This document shows positions 20,701 through 30,484 of a DNA stretch of 64,000 nucleotides, piece by piece (within the stretch, counting starts at the first letter, position 1; each line of letters opens with the position of its first letter). The notes beneath the pieces were generated by a model, which was not told where the DNA came from, made no database searches, and worked only from the letters and a program-made list of their open reading frames with translations. Position numbers and translations under genes: made by a program. The DNA is from Epithemia pelagica (Eukaryota; Protista; Bacillariophyta). Location of the stretch: contig OX337233.1 in assembly GCA_946965045.2 (NCBI GenBank), forward strand, positions 2,480,001-2,544,000, written 5' to 3'.

Positions 20701-21769
20701 CCTAGATCCGCTGATTCCATCAACAACAGATGGAGGGAAGCAATCAACGACGAAAAGAACGAGAGCATCCAAGAGTGATTTGAAGACTGGTTTGTTGTGG
20801 AGTACGGCTATGACTCGATCCTCCTGGCGACCAGACAAAGACTACGTTTCTTGCGAGTGGTTACGCTCCTCCGTTAGCGGCAAAGACACTACAAATAATT
20901 ATCCTACGACTCCCAAGTCAGATGTGGAGCTCACTAGTAAGGAAGGAGATAAATTTTTGGCCCATTCGTCCTTTGTGTGTTTGAAAAGTGGAAAACTTGA
21001 CGCCGCTTTACGATTTGAACGCATGTCTCGGGAGTGTACGGATGAATTTGACGACGAGGAACAGAACCTTGTGAAGCTACAGCTGCCAGTCAGTTCGACT
21101 GTTTGCCAATGGGTACTGCAGCATTTTTACCATGGGGCCATAGTTGGACCCTTTCCTGAGAACAACGACCAACTCTTGGACAGTTTTTTTCAACTGTTGG
21201 ATTTTGCAGAGCAATACCTGTGTCCTTCTCTCGTGCAAGAAGTGGAAATGCGGATTCTGTCGGCTCGACCGAGACAATGCCACTGTTGTCATTGCTCTTT
21301 TCGAAATGAAACGAGTCTTGTCGAAAACGGTATGATATCGTGTACCTATGTGACGACGGGACCGTCTGCGTGTATCCAACCTGAATCAGCCTTGGAAGTT
21401 CTCGCCATTGCCTTGCATTACGTTGAAGGGGATTGCATGGGTAGCAGCGGATATGAACTCTTGGCTTCAACGGAGGAGTTCACGGGGCCGTCATGGAAAG
21501 CGCCAGACAGTACTAAATTCCACGTGTTTCGAGCCATGGAGCATTTGAGAGGAGTTTTAGCAGAGTATATTCTCCAAGAATTCCGTTTGATTTCTGAAAG
21601 TGTTATCTTTGATTTGCATTTTGAATCACAGGACACGAAGTTGACCGACGACCGAGACAAGCAGCAACGATGCGAGTCCCTCCTTCGCACTTGTCTGGAC
21701 ATTCTTGCCACCAGCCCAATCTTATCATCGTCAAGCCGTTCAGAGGATGCATCCAATGGGCGCAAGTGA
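17789..21769 (+). CDS. Ankyrin-repeat + BTB/POZ protein with N-terminal PAM2-like motif
   Basis: Ankyrin motifs TPIHLAC, GQTPLHVAC, TPLLAAV, ALSWAV. BTB: SDVEL..GDKFLAHSSFVCLKSGKL...VLQHFYHG..LLDFAEQYLCPSL. N-terminal FSLRANAPDFCP. Confidence 0.85.
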   Translation: MSALSETKATTVTTMSSSSFSLRANAPDFCPSSSLSYHQFEMVSSSSPTASTTDLIHTHAPQVMSSSFPVSSSVQKDHHHQEPPPRQRHSQRRRRPHKQRQEQPKTHHAARREPKPSDKNQSEPHHSDNTKAQHRNHHNHKRNKQNNHHPTQSNPDSRRSTEQRQGRGRQRERRQGKQKHQGSRPCTNANSEKDQREARDRRTNKSPPVEWEDSTAVTTVLWEESTAFPELVATTVNNNQEDTAKLFEHTTTQQGEEIHTKTNTATTCWSQAVPQSLFALPQDDPLVQPKDLLDDGISTTQKTELPASHLLQDSSSLVPLTLLSSKKNKTRVKNLKRIGQLSRSTASVSGPQVVETKDDQQTPSPPSPPSPLDLDLSTTERVESTGNPTQATSPPNPLGRRRRFNMTRLRDRWWDILNNLPQGDPVLSKNMLPLEEHHANMQDDDDDTSVDDNASPVPLNTQYQSSFLSSMEQPPLASHWMDYPYPIHEAIRQNDEMALRTLLSTSSMPFHADRGLESKDDQGMSALALSMQLHRPQLLAILLQSTREHALTPHVIHKKHHNKGTKITPKHYMLRHALHMAVSNGNEECAVVFLDFNIASVLAKNDTTDDTPIHLACRSSAPIGILYQCLKRMDNAMTTKVMSQKNKKGQTPLHVACASGRVDLVEAFLTHCSYSLLSKVLSVQDAEWQTPLLAAVASGSVDVVMGLLMWKGNNHKRIQEGGAKGHCALSWAVRARNVEMTLLLLEFNDSSSSLLPSVSTTTTTTTHGSVNSATANQGYNLVHSLYMAVRMMQQEMAPCDSVQLELIRVLVDAGANPYSKETPSGECALVLATETALDSVVVQIMVTSYDAYLDTIQKARRRDPFLRKQPESFFRGLEAQEEGTRVAAVREALLVALYRAWTTTEDASDGFIAIALTLLQRGHVKLDATSVDRLKHALQTVDRSCLVSESCFATKQMTLEASYQHPTKENPLDPLIPSTTDGGKQSTTKRTRASKSDLKTGLLWSTAMTRSSWRPDKDYVSCEWLRSSVSGKDTTNNYPTTPKSDVELTSKEGDKFLAHSSFVCLKSGKLDAALRFERMSRECTDEFDDEEQNLVKLQLPVSSTVCQWVLQHFYHGAIVGPFPENNDQLLDSFFQLLDFAEQYLCPSLVQEVEMRILSARPRQCHCCHCSFRNETSLVENGMISCTYVTTGPSACIQPESALEVLAIALHYVEGDCMGSSGYELLASTEEFTGPSWKAPDSTKFHVFRAMEHLRGVLAEYILQEFRLISESVIFDLHFESQDTKLTDDRDKQQRCESLLRTCLDILATSPILSSSSRSEDASNGRK

Positions 21770-21790
21770 ACATCCCATCTGGCCCTTTAA

Positions 21791-24700
21791 TTATGCCATT
21801 GTGTGCAGAAATCCTCCTACGATACCAAAGAGTAACACACCAATATGTTGTGTGAGGTGATGACTGGACGATGACCTTAATGAGATTCGTTCCGTTGTAG
21901 TTGTTGAAGAACGATTTAATCCATCGCGGTTTGTTCCAAATGCGTTGTTCACACCTACGGTAGAAGGTGGACGGGACGTGTTTGGGTTAGGGACAGCTTG
22001 TATTGGTGATGGGGAAGGGGGAGTTGACGGTATCGACGGAAGTTGGGATGGGTGCCGGGTTGGCGAGACGGAAGGGTGTTTCGTTGGAGAAGGAGAAGGT
22101 GGAGGTGTGGGAAGGAACAGTCTTGGAACGGTTTTCTCACTGCATATTTCCTCTACATTGCGCTTCACGTCAATTTTCGTATTGTGTGGTCTCTTCGATT
22201 CCGTGTCATTGTACAACCCACTCATCGCCTGCAATGCACGGCTTCCTGGGCAGTTGGAAGTGGCGGCGTTCCATCCAGTTCCTGGCCCTACCTTATAGGG
22301 AGTGTTGTCGAATGAGAGATTGTCTCGAGTTTGTTCCAATGGAAGGACGACGCTGGGAAATGGGATTGCAATAGCTTCGGACGATTGGACAGCAGCACCA
22401 GTGCTACCAGGACCACGGTACCCGTTGGAAAACAGCAGAAGTCCCAGAGCATAGGAATTGTAGATGCTGTTCACATCAGTGAGTATTTTGGGAAGCTTCG
22501 CCCCTGGAGCAATGTCGAAAGATGTTGCTGTGGACGCAATCGTGGATGGAACATTGATTGTCATGTACGCTGAGCTATCGTGCGGCTGTGATATTCTTGG
22601 ATACGTTGCTGACGAAAAGCTCACACCAATCGTACCAGAAGATGTTATCCCCATATCCTTCGAACATGCTCTTATGATAACTGTTGCGCTGTTTGTTGGA
22701 TGGTCTGCGACAAAGCCAGTGCATTCCCATTCACCTCCTGCTACCTTGAGTCTGCAGTCTGATGTGCCAATATCATTCGTTCGAGGACCGCGATTTGCCA
22801 AGACGTAGTCTTCGGTCGAGTCCCCATTAACATCAATTGAAACTTGGATCTCTGTGTTAGACAAAGATTGTCGACGTTCCCACAATTGAAATGCAAATTC
22901 GAGAATGAAGCCACAGGTGTCATCAACCTCGACTGTCCTGAACCCTATGTACTTAAAATCTGCTGGTGGCGACGTAGTCTCCCCGTTTTTGGGATTTGGT
23001 TCTGCGTCGTCCTCACTAACGACCAACAACTCATATAGTTCCATTTGTGCTGTGCCAGCCCCGTTATTTTCAAGGCCGATTGCAAAATCTGCAGGGAAAA
23101 TGTTGTTGTCCACGGGTAGGCGTTTCTTATTGGCCGTGACATCGGCAGCTTTCCGCAAAATACCGGTAAACGGAATGTTAATGTCATGACCAGTGGTTGA
23201 ACTAAGTGTAATCCATCCATCAATCTCATTCTTATCCAGTGTCCAGGCGCTTGCGGAGCTTAAACCACCCGAAGTCATATAGTTGGATGGTACCTTCGAG
23301 GCTTCAATAGAGAAAACCACTTCCATGGTCATTTTTTCTGAACAGGATTGTTGAGACGACGTTGGAGATAGGGACCTGGTGGTTATAGTCATTGCTCCAG
23401 AGAGCTGGACCATCAAGCTCCGAAACTCGGCTTGGGCAGTGATTTCTTGGCACCTGTCCACCATGCGTGTTACTTCAATCGTTCTTCGAATTTCCATGTT
23501 CTTTGAAACATCTACAACTCCAAGGGATATGGATGGTTGGCCATCAAATTCTGAGTATGCCCAAAAACTGGCCTCGACAGCCTTGGCAATGTCCACTTCC
23601 CCACTACCAGCCAGGGAGATTGGTGCCTCTGAGGAGCTACCAATCCGGTATTTAATTGTTTTGCGAGCATTGTTCATGAGTATAGCTTTGATGGCAAAGG
23701 CAGAACACTCGGTGCATTTGGATACGACAATGGCGGCTGCTCCTGCAACAACGGGGCTCGAGTACGAAGTTCCTTGTGCGGTGAATCCATCAGAACCTTT
23801 TCCAGAGTTGGCCACAATCATCTTGTCCCCGGGTGCACTGATATCAGGTTTTAATATGCTGAGAGTACCCGGCCCTCTGGCAGAAAAAGATGCCATGAAT
23901 CCATGGGGCTGAGTGGTGGTTGCTCCGACGGTGATGGCGTTAAAGACATTAGCTATTCCTCCAAGAATGAAAGGCCTGTTTCCAAAGTTTCCGCTGGGCA
24001 CAACAATTGTCATACCAAGCAACGTAGCATAACGCTCAATCACTCGAGCAAGCATGTGATAGTATCCATTGGCAAATCGCTGTCCAAGAGAAACTGTGCG
24101 CACACAAGAAAGGACAGCTCAGTTTTGAGCCAGATAAATATCTTTCCAACGCGACATAATTTTTGTACGTACTGTTGACAACATCTGCTCCTTTTTTATT
24201 GGCGTAATCAAGTGCCGCAATCACAGCATAGTCTGGACATATACCTCTGTCGTTACATACTTTTGCCGCAATCAGTTCCACGTCGGGAGCCATGGCCAAA
24301 ATGGCCGTTGCCACTCCCGTTCCATGTCCCGATATTTGGTCGAGAGGATTCGTGTCCTCGTCCGTACTCGCAGCTCCACCGACAAAGTTATGGCCATCCA
24401 CGACACGCAGGGTAGGAAAGAGGCCATCGGCACGTGGACGAGTGCTAGCAGCGGCAGTTTCAAAGGCTGTTGTGGACCCTTCTCCCCCAAAGATGGAGTG
24501 GGTATAATCAATACCAGAGTCAATGACCGCCACTCGAACTCCTTGCCCTCCCAAACAGTGGTCCCTGCGCACTTTTCCTGCACCAAGGTATGTGTCGGCA
24601 ATGACACGAATATCCTGCGTCTCACCGGATAAATCTCGAATGCCGTCATGTGTATTTCCATTGTTATCCTCTCCAACAACGGATGAGTCCTCTGTCAAGT

Positions 24701-25097
24701 CGACAGAGTCTGAAACGGATACCACACCAGGAATCGTCTCAACCCATTCGTATACTTCGGTGTCTTCGGAGATCCCTGATACCGACAGAAAAATGGCATT
24801 TGCAGCATTTCGCTCCGCATGGAGAACTTGGACATTCTCTGCGTCGTAGTGGTCCATGATGGCCTGAATGATTCGAGACTGCTCTTTCTCCAGGTCTTCT
24901 GCATCTTCCGGAGCTAATAAATAGGGTGACACAGATCCTTCCACGACGATTCGACGTTGTGATGTTTCGGACGATCCAAAAACTCCAGTTTCCTCACTTT
25001 CTCTTCTTCGAGTGTAATAGGAGGGGCCATGTCCAAGGCCTTGTCTGTTCCATATCAAAAGAAACAAACATGCTCTCCACAGCCCAACATGCACCAT
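21791..25097 (-). CDS. Secreted/GPI-type subtilisin-like S8 serine peptidase; join(25097..24173,24093..21791)
   Basis: Triad VAVIDSGID, GHGTGVA, GTSYSSPVVAG. Intron 24172-24094 (GTACGT...CACAG) restores DVVNISLG. Pro/Ser/Thr stalk and hydrophobic C-terminus. Confidence 0.9.
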
Positions 25098-25633
25098 GAC
25101 TCCAACGCAGATAAGTTCGACCACGGAAAGAAGCACAGAGTCTCACAACCAAACTCACTTTTGTGTTTCCCTCAGTATGATATGTTGATCGATCGATTGT
25201 CGAAAGTCTGAACTGGGAAATTGTGCCGATCACAAATTCGTTCTGAGTTTCCGTTGGTCTCATGTCAACAGTTGGGGGTGTTACTGTAGGGCTATAGAAT
25301 ATAATAGCTTTGCCCCAAAATCATGTGCGTTAAATCAGTTTCAAATGATTCCCCGGTAGTCAACAATAGCCCTCCTACGAAGTTGGTCGGTTGGGCTCGG
25401 TATTTCTGTCGGGGAACTGTCGGGGACGGAGAGGCCATTCTGGCGACTCGTGCCAAAAAAATCCGGCGACGCACAAAATTTCCCAATCCGGATTCCATTC
25501 TCAACAGACGCAGTAAGGTCGCACATGATTCCTGATGATTCAGTCAATCTAATAATATCTTGCAACGAACATGAGTTGGAATGCCATGACGAGCAACAAG
25601 CATCCGTTTCGTGGATTCTGTTGGAGAAGGTTG

Positions 25634-26596
25634 ATGATAATATGCTTGTGCATCCTGATTGCAGTGAATGCTTCAGAGACCTCTGCGGCTGTGGACAAGC
25701 AAGGTGACAAGAGTGACAATGAGCATGGCAACGACCATGATCGCGCTCCGTCGTGGAACACATTTGCAACCAAATCGTCGGCTCAAGGAACTCGAAAACT
25801 ACGTCCCGAAACGTCAGATCGCTTGCAATTGCATCGAAGAAATACCATTGCTCCACCCAAAACGAATTGGACTCTGAGCGAAAAGTTTGAAACAATGTTA
25901 CCACCAGACCCGTGCTCATCGACGACAAGGACAAAACGACAAGACCGGGAAAGCGATTTTGCTGAAAGACTCCGACATGAAGAGGAAAGACCCTTAAATG
26001 ATCAGTCTGCTTCGTCAACGACCAAAACCAAAAGCTCCAATGGTTCGTCTTGGACCATCATTGGAGCCACGGCCAGTGTCGTGTTGGCGACAGTTGCCTT
26101 TTTTCCAAGCATGGTATGGACGGAATCAGCCAAGGCAATGAATATGATTGTATCTATTTATTCGCTCCGTCAGCTTTTCAAACCTTCTGATCTTGTGTTA
26201 CTAGCAAGCCAAACAGTCCTTCTTCATCCGGATACACGCGCCATGTTGCAAACACATGTTTGGCCCATGGTCCTCTCGACCTTGCAATCGCTGTTATTGG
26301 CCGAAGCATGGTCTTACTTTTGGAAGTTGATTTGGAAATCATTCCCTACAATTCAATTGAACAAATCTAAAGCTGGAGAGAAGACAAACACCTCGGTCTC
26401 GTACTGGTTACCGTCATGGATGAAAGTCTACTGGAAAGAAACCAATGGATTTTTGGATCGTTTACTATGTCGTGTGACAAAACGTATAGTACAAAAAGTG
26501 GTCCAAAAGAATATTCAGCAAGCCTTTGCTGTTTTTGCATCCAATGGCGCTACTGTCCTCCAACAACAATGGTTGACAAAGACGTCCGTTTCATGA
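25634..26596 (+). CDS. Hypothetical membrane protein with predicted signal peptide
   Basis: MIICLCILIAVNA-like hydrophobic N-terminus and internal hydrophobic segments (IIGATASVVLATVAFF; VLSTLQSLLLAEAW). No family recognised. Confidence 0.6.
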   Translation: MIICLCILIAVNASETSAAVDKQGDKSDNEHGNDHDRAPSWNTFATKSSAQGTRKLRPETSDRLQLHRRNTIAPPKTNWTLSEKFETMLPPDPCSSTTRTKRQDRESDFAERLRHEEERPLNDQSASSTTKTKSSNGSSWTIIGATASVVLATVAFFPSMVWTESAKAMNMIVSIYSLRQLFKPSDLVLLASQTVLLHPDTRAMLQTHVWPMVLSTLQSLLLAEAWSYFWKLIWKSFPTIQLNKSKAGEKTNTSVSYWLPSWMKVYWKETNGFLDRLLCRVTKRIVQKVVQKNIQQAFAVFASNGATVLQQQWLTKTSVS

Positions 26597-26794
26597 AATA
26601 CATGAGCGACAACAAAGTCTGACAAGCACAAACTGTCAATTGCAGCGCCCAGACCTTGTAGCTCATCGGCAACCAAGAAGGACGTCTCTGTCTCCTCTCA
26701 GAGTTGTAACAAGTGCAAAAGGTCGCAACAATTGTTCGAACACACGACACAGTTCATGACGTCGTTTGTAATTTTCCTTGTTTTCCTGGGCCTT

Positions 26795-27413
26795 TTACTT
26801 TGCGTCGTCGTCATCATCGTCATCTCCCTCCTCTTTCCCTTCTTCAATAATAAACTTTTTTAATTCACTCCACAACTGATCACGTTCCGCCCCTTCCACA
26901 GCACCCGTCAATTTGGCAGAAACTTCTTGGTGTCCCTCCGCAAACCACAATCGTACGACATGCGTGTCGCTTTCCTCGGCCAATGGCAAAGCATGGGAAT
27001 CTTCCAACCAAATCGGAGGTCCTGCAGCCAACAATCGTCTCAATTCGGCTTGACAATCCGTTTTCTTGACCCGCTCGACAAAGGTTGTAAATTGTTCCGC
27101 CAATAACTTTTCCACAATTGTCTTTTCATACAAACAGGGCTTCCATTTCAAGCTCGGATAACTTTGATATTCGACTGCAAGACAAGAATTCCAGAAAAAG
27201 AGAAGACCAAACATTGTAAGAAGAACTGAAATGAGAAAAACCATGTGCAGTGCCTTCATCTCGACTGAACAGTTCAAATACAAGATTTGTGTGCAAGCGA
27301 AACCACAACTTACAACTTACCGTAATTGCCATCTTCCACTGTAATATCCTCCATTGTACAAAGACACATCATGCCGTCGTAAGGCTCTCCATGCACTTTC
27401 TCATCGGCCATGC
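26795..27413 (-). CDS. Conserved hypothetical protein; join(27413..27321,27174..26795), 157 aa
   Basis: GT-AG intron 27320-27175 (GTAAGT...TTGCAG) joins MADEK..CLCTMEDI..GNY to VEYQSYP..W in frame. Contains C.AELRRLL..GPP and SAKL.G..EG.ER. Confidence 0.75.
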
Positions 27414-27789
27414 TGTTCAATCTTGTTGTTGTTTTCCGGTTGGTGTTATTATGAGAGCGAGTCAATTGCCGCCAACATTGTGAAAGGCGAAAGCCGTCCC
27501 AGTCCAGGCGGGGTGAGTTGTTTAATCGCTCATGAGTCGTATAACGTAGATTCAATCCCCGACTTCTTCCTCCAGCTGATGATTTAGGAAATTCGAAGAG
27601 GGTGAAAGCGAAGAATGCTTGGGAGTATAGGGAAAACATCCCCGCGGAGGACTCTCATTACGATTTAATAGCTTTACGTAGAGTGACCACTTATGACGCG
27701 GGGGAGCGTCGTACGTAGTACACGACATTGCGCCCTCCACCCCACGTACAAAATTTTTTTGTGCGTTGGCGCATTGACGATTGACGACC

Positions 27790-28971
27790 ATGATGATAGC
27801 GGCCATTGCAACCCCCATGAACAAGGATGATGATAGCCATGGTGCTTTTCTTCGTGATAACAACAACAACAACAACAACGAGGAGTCTCCTGAACCACCC
27901 GATCCGGCAGATGTTCTCATGAGCCGAGGATTTTTCTTGCGAAAGTTGCGAGAGTTGGAACGACAAGACGAAGAAGCCCGTCGTCGTGCCGTCGAACTAC
28001 AACAATCAGAAGATTCCTCACACAAGGATTCTGCTATCAGCGATGTGTCGGAGGTATCGGACTGTATCCTAGACTACACATCCTATTTATCGCATCAAAG
28101 ATTCTACGACGATATGAAACATGTGGACTACCAATTCATTGATTTTGGACCCACCCGACCGATTGGACATGCCACGGAACAGGGGAGCAACGATCACCGA
28201 TTGGTGATTGAACAAGACAAGGCGTTGGGAAAAGGAGGGTTGTGTTGGGACGCTGCCTTTTGTCTGGGAGAACATTTGATTCGGACCAAGGACGAATGGC
28301 TGTCGTCGGAGCCAATGCGTGAACGACCAGAGGGCTTGGTGTCCATGGTTGAACTTGGAGCAGGCACTGGCGTGTGTGGGATGATGGTGGCCAAGGCCAT
28401 TTCGAATGTACATGTCAGTTTGACAGACCTCCCCAGCTTGCTCCCTCTTATGAGTCGGAATGCGATGCGCAACTTTGAACGTGATCATATCAGGTCTACT
28501 TCAACGACGATGATGAGTGACACTGCAACAACTATTTCTACGGAACCATTCCGAGACAGCGCATGTGATATTCTCGCGCCCCTCCTCGAGGGAGGTGGAA
28601 TGAAATCTCATGGCTTTGTGTCATGTTTCGAATTAGATTGGGACGATGTCGTTTCTTCCAGTCAAAATGGTTCGCAAACTCCGCCAAGGCATGGTTATGA
28701 CGTTGTGGTTGGGGCCGATGTCGTGGCGACTCTCTACAATCCAACATCCTTGGCTCAGACCATTCATACCGTTGCCAAGGATGAACATTCGTTGGTGTAT
28801 ATTAGTTTCAAGGAACGTTTGAGTACCATTCATCGACAATTTGAAGCCGAAATGGCCTTACGATTTCAACAGGTTGAAATCGTTTCCGCAGGGTCGGTGC
28901 AGTCACGAAATCGCAATCCAGACATTGGAATTCTCGTGGCTCGAGGCAAGAAACTATGGCTTTCTACATGA
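27790..28971 (+). CDS. METTL21/EEF1AKMT-like protein-lysine methyltransferase (Methyltransf_16 family)
   Basis: GGLCWDAAFCL, VELGAGTGVCG, LTDLP, ELDWDD, DVVVGADVV. Confidence 0.88.
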   Translation: MMIAAIATPMNKDDDSHGAFLRDNNNNNNNEESPEPPDPADVLMSRGFFLRKLRELERQDEEARRRAVELQQSEDSSHKDSAISDVSEVSDCILDYTSYLSHQRFYDDMKHVDYQFIDFGPTRPIGHATEQGSNDHRLVIEQDKALGKGGLCWDAAFCLGEHLIRTKDEWLSSEPMRERPEGLVSMVELGAGTGVCGMMVAKAISNVHVSLTDLPSLLPLMSRNAMRNFERDHIRSTSTTMMSDTATTISTEPFRDSACDILAPLLEGGGMKSHGFVSCFELDWDDVVSSSQNGSQTPPRHGYDVVVGADVVATLYNPTSLAQTIHTVAKDEHSLVYISFKERLSTIHRQFEAEMALRFQQVEIVSAGSVQSRNRNPDIGILVARGKKLWLST

Positions 28972-30484
28972 GAATGCCATGCACATGCTCGCTGACCACC
29001 AGCATGGACCGTGACCGACCATTCACATTTGAGTTTTGCTCCCTTGGGAATGAAGGCTTTCCACTAAGGGGCTTTTCTTCTCGTTTAAGAACGGGGAGAC
29101 CAAGAAGAAACTCTCTGGAATCTTGATCCAGTTATGTTGGCTTGTGTCGAGCTTCTTGGACGCATTCGATGAAAGAGCTTCATGGCAGGTTGCTTCTTGT
29201 TAGCTGCTGATAAGCAAAGTAGAAACTCCAGTCTGGTTGTCGTTAATGACTGAATCCAATGTTGTTCCGTAACTGTGCCACTGTAACTACTGGACTACGA
29301 TAGAGCTAGCAATGGAAGAGAGAAGAGAGGTAGGTAGTTCCTCCGGAGCCTCTCATTTGTCTCGTCCGCGACCGCCATATGCCGACAATGACTCACGTGA
29401 CGAAAGCGATGATGTGTCGTGTGTCGTGTGACATTAAGGATCGACTTGAACTATAGGCCATGATACCCCGCCTTTCTTCGAGAGTCGAGAGTGAGATTTC
29501 AGATTGCGTTTGACGCATTCTGGTTGGCTTGTTGGCTGTTTTCGTCTGCTGTCGCGCTCCACAGTGTTCGCAATGGAACATCCTTCTCCTTTCTCCTCGC
29601 AGTTTGTCGTGGAGCCGTACGTTAGCTTTTAGCTTCCTCTAGTAGATACTCCTAGGTAGTCTATGGTCTTTGGATCCGTGGCTCGGTTTACCTAGTTTAC
29701 GGTGAAATAATAATGACACCATGTTGAAGCCAATTCCATGTCTTTGGAAGCAAAAAAATGAGCGGTGGCAGGCACGCGAGACTTTACTCTGATTCCAAAA
29801 GTACTCCCCATTGGTCGGAAGTGATGCAACTCTTGCCAAAAATTTGGCTCTTATAAATACGTTATTAGACTCAAACCGGGATCCCGTGACTCATTCCATT
29901 TACTCTCAAGAAGGACAAAGCATCCATGTGAAAATATACCCAAGGATAGTTTTCATGACACGCTCAGGATTATCATCGAGTTCCAAGTAAGACTTGTATC
30001 GTGAGTTATGCATGATTTGGCGCGCCGGGATTACCCCTGCCGTATTGCGGATGAGGGGATCGTTCTCTTGGAAGAAGGCCAAATATCTCGCAATCCCAAT
30101 TGTTGCAATAAGAAGCCATCAACATCCATCTCGAGATTGCGTACATCGTCATCCTCGTCGACCCTTTCGTTGATATTATTGCCGGCATCCGAAGACAAGC
30201 ACCGAGCGCACAGCGCACGCTTGCGGCATGAATTGTTCGCCTGCCGTCGTGGGAGTGAGGAGACGACGATATCTCTCTACACTTGTATATAGCACTTGTC
30301 TCTGTATCATTGTCATCGCCCGTCTGTCTCTTTGAGAGGCTTGCTCTGTTTCTCTCATCTTCTCTTATTTCGAGCGAACAACAAACTGTAGTAGCGGAAA
30401 CGAGCCCACCTCAGAGGAAGATTGACCACACATCTCCCCATTTTGTATGGTGTCCCTCTTCTTTTTCTAATCATCATCATCATC

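Noticed and set aside
29640-30290. Broken minus-strand frames upstream of PMS2, with a faint RING-like RACHRSFFC
   Set aside because: Multiple stops, no convincing splice solution and too little motif support.
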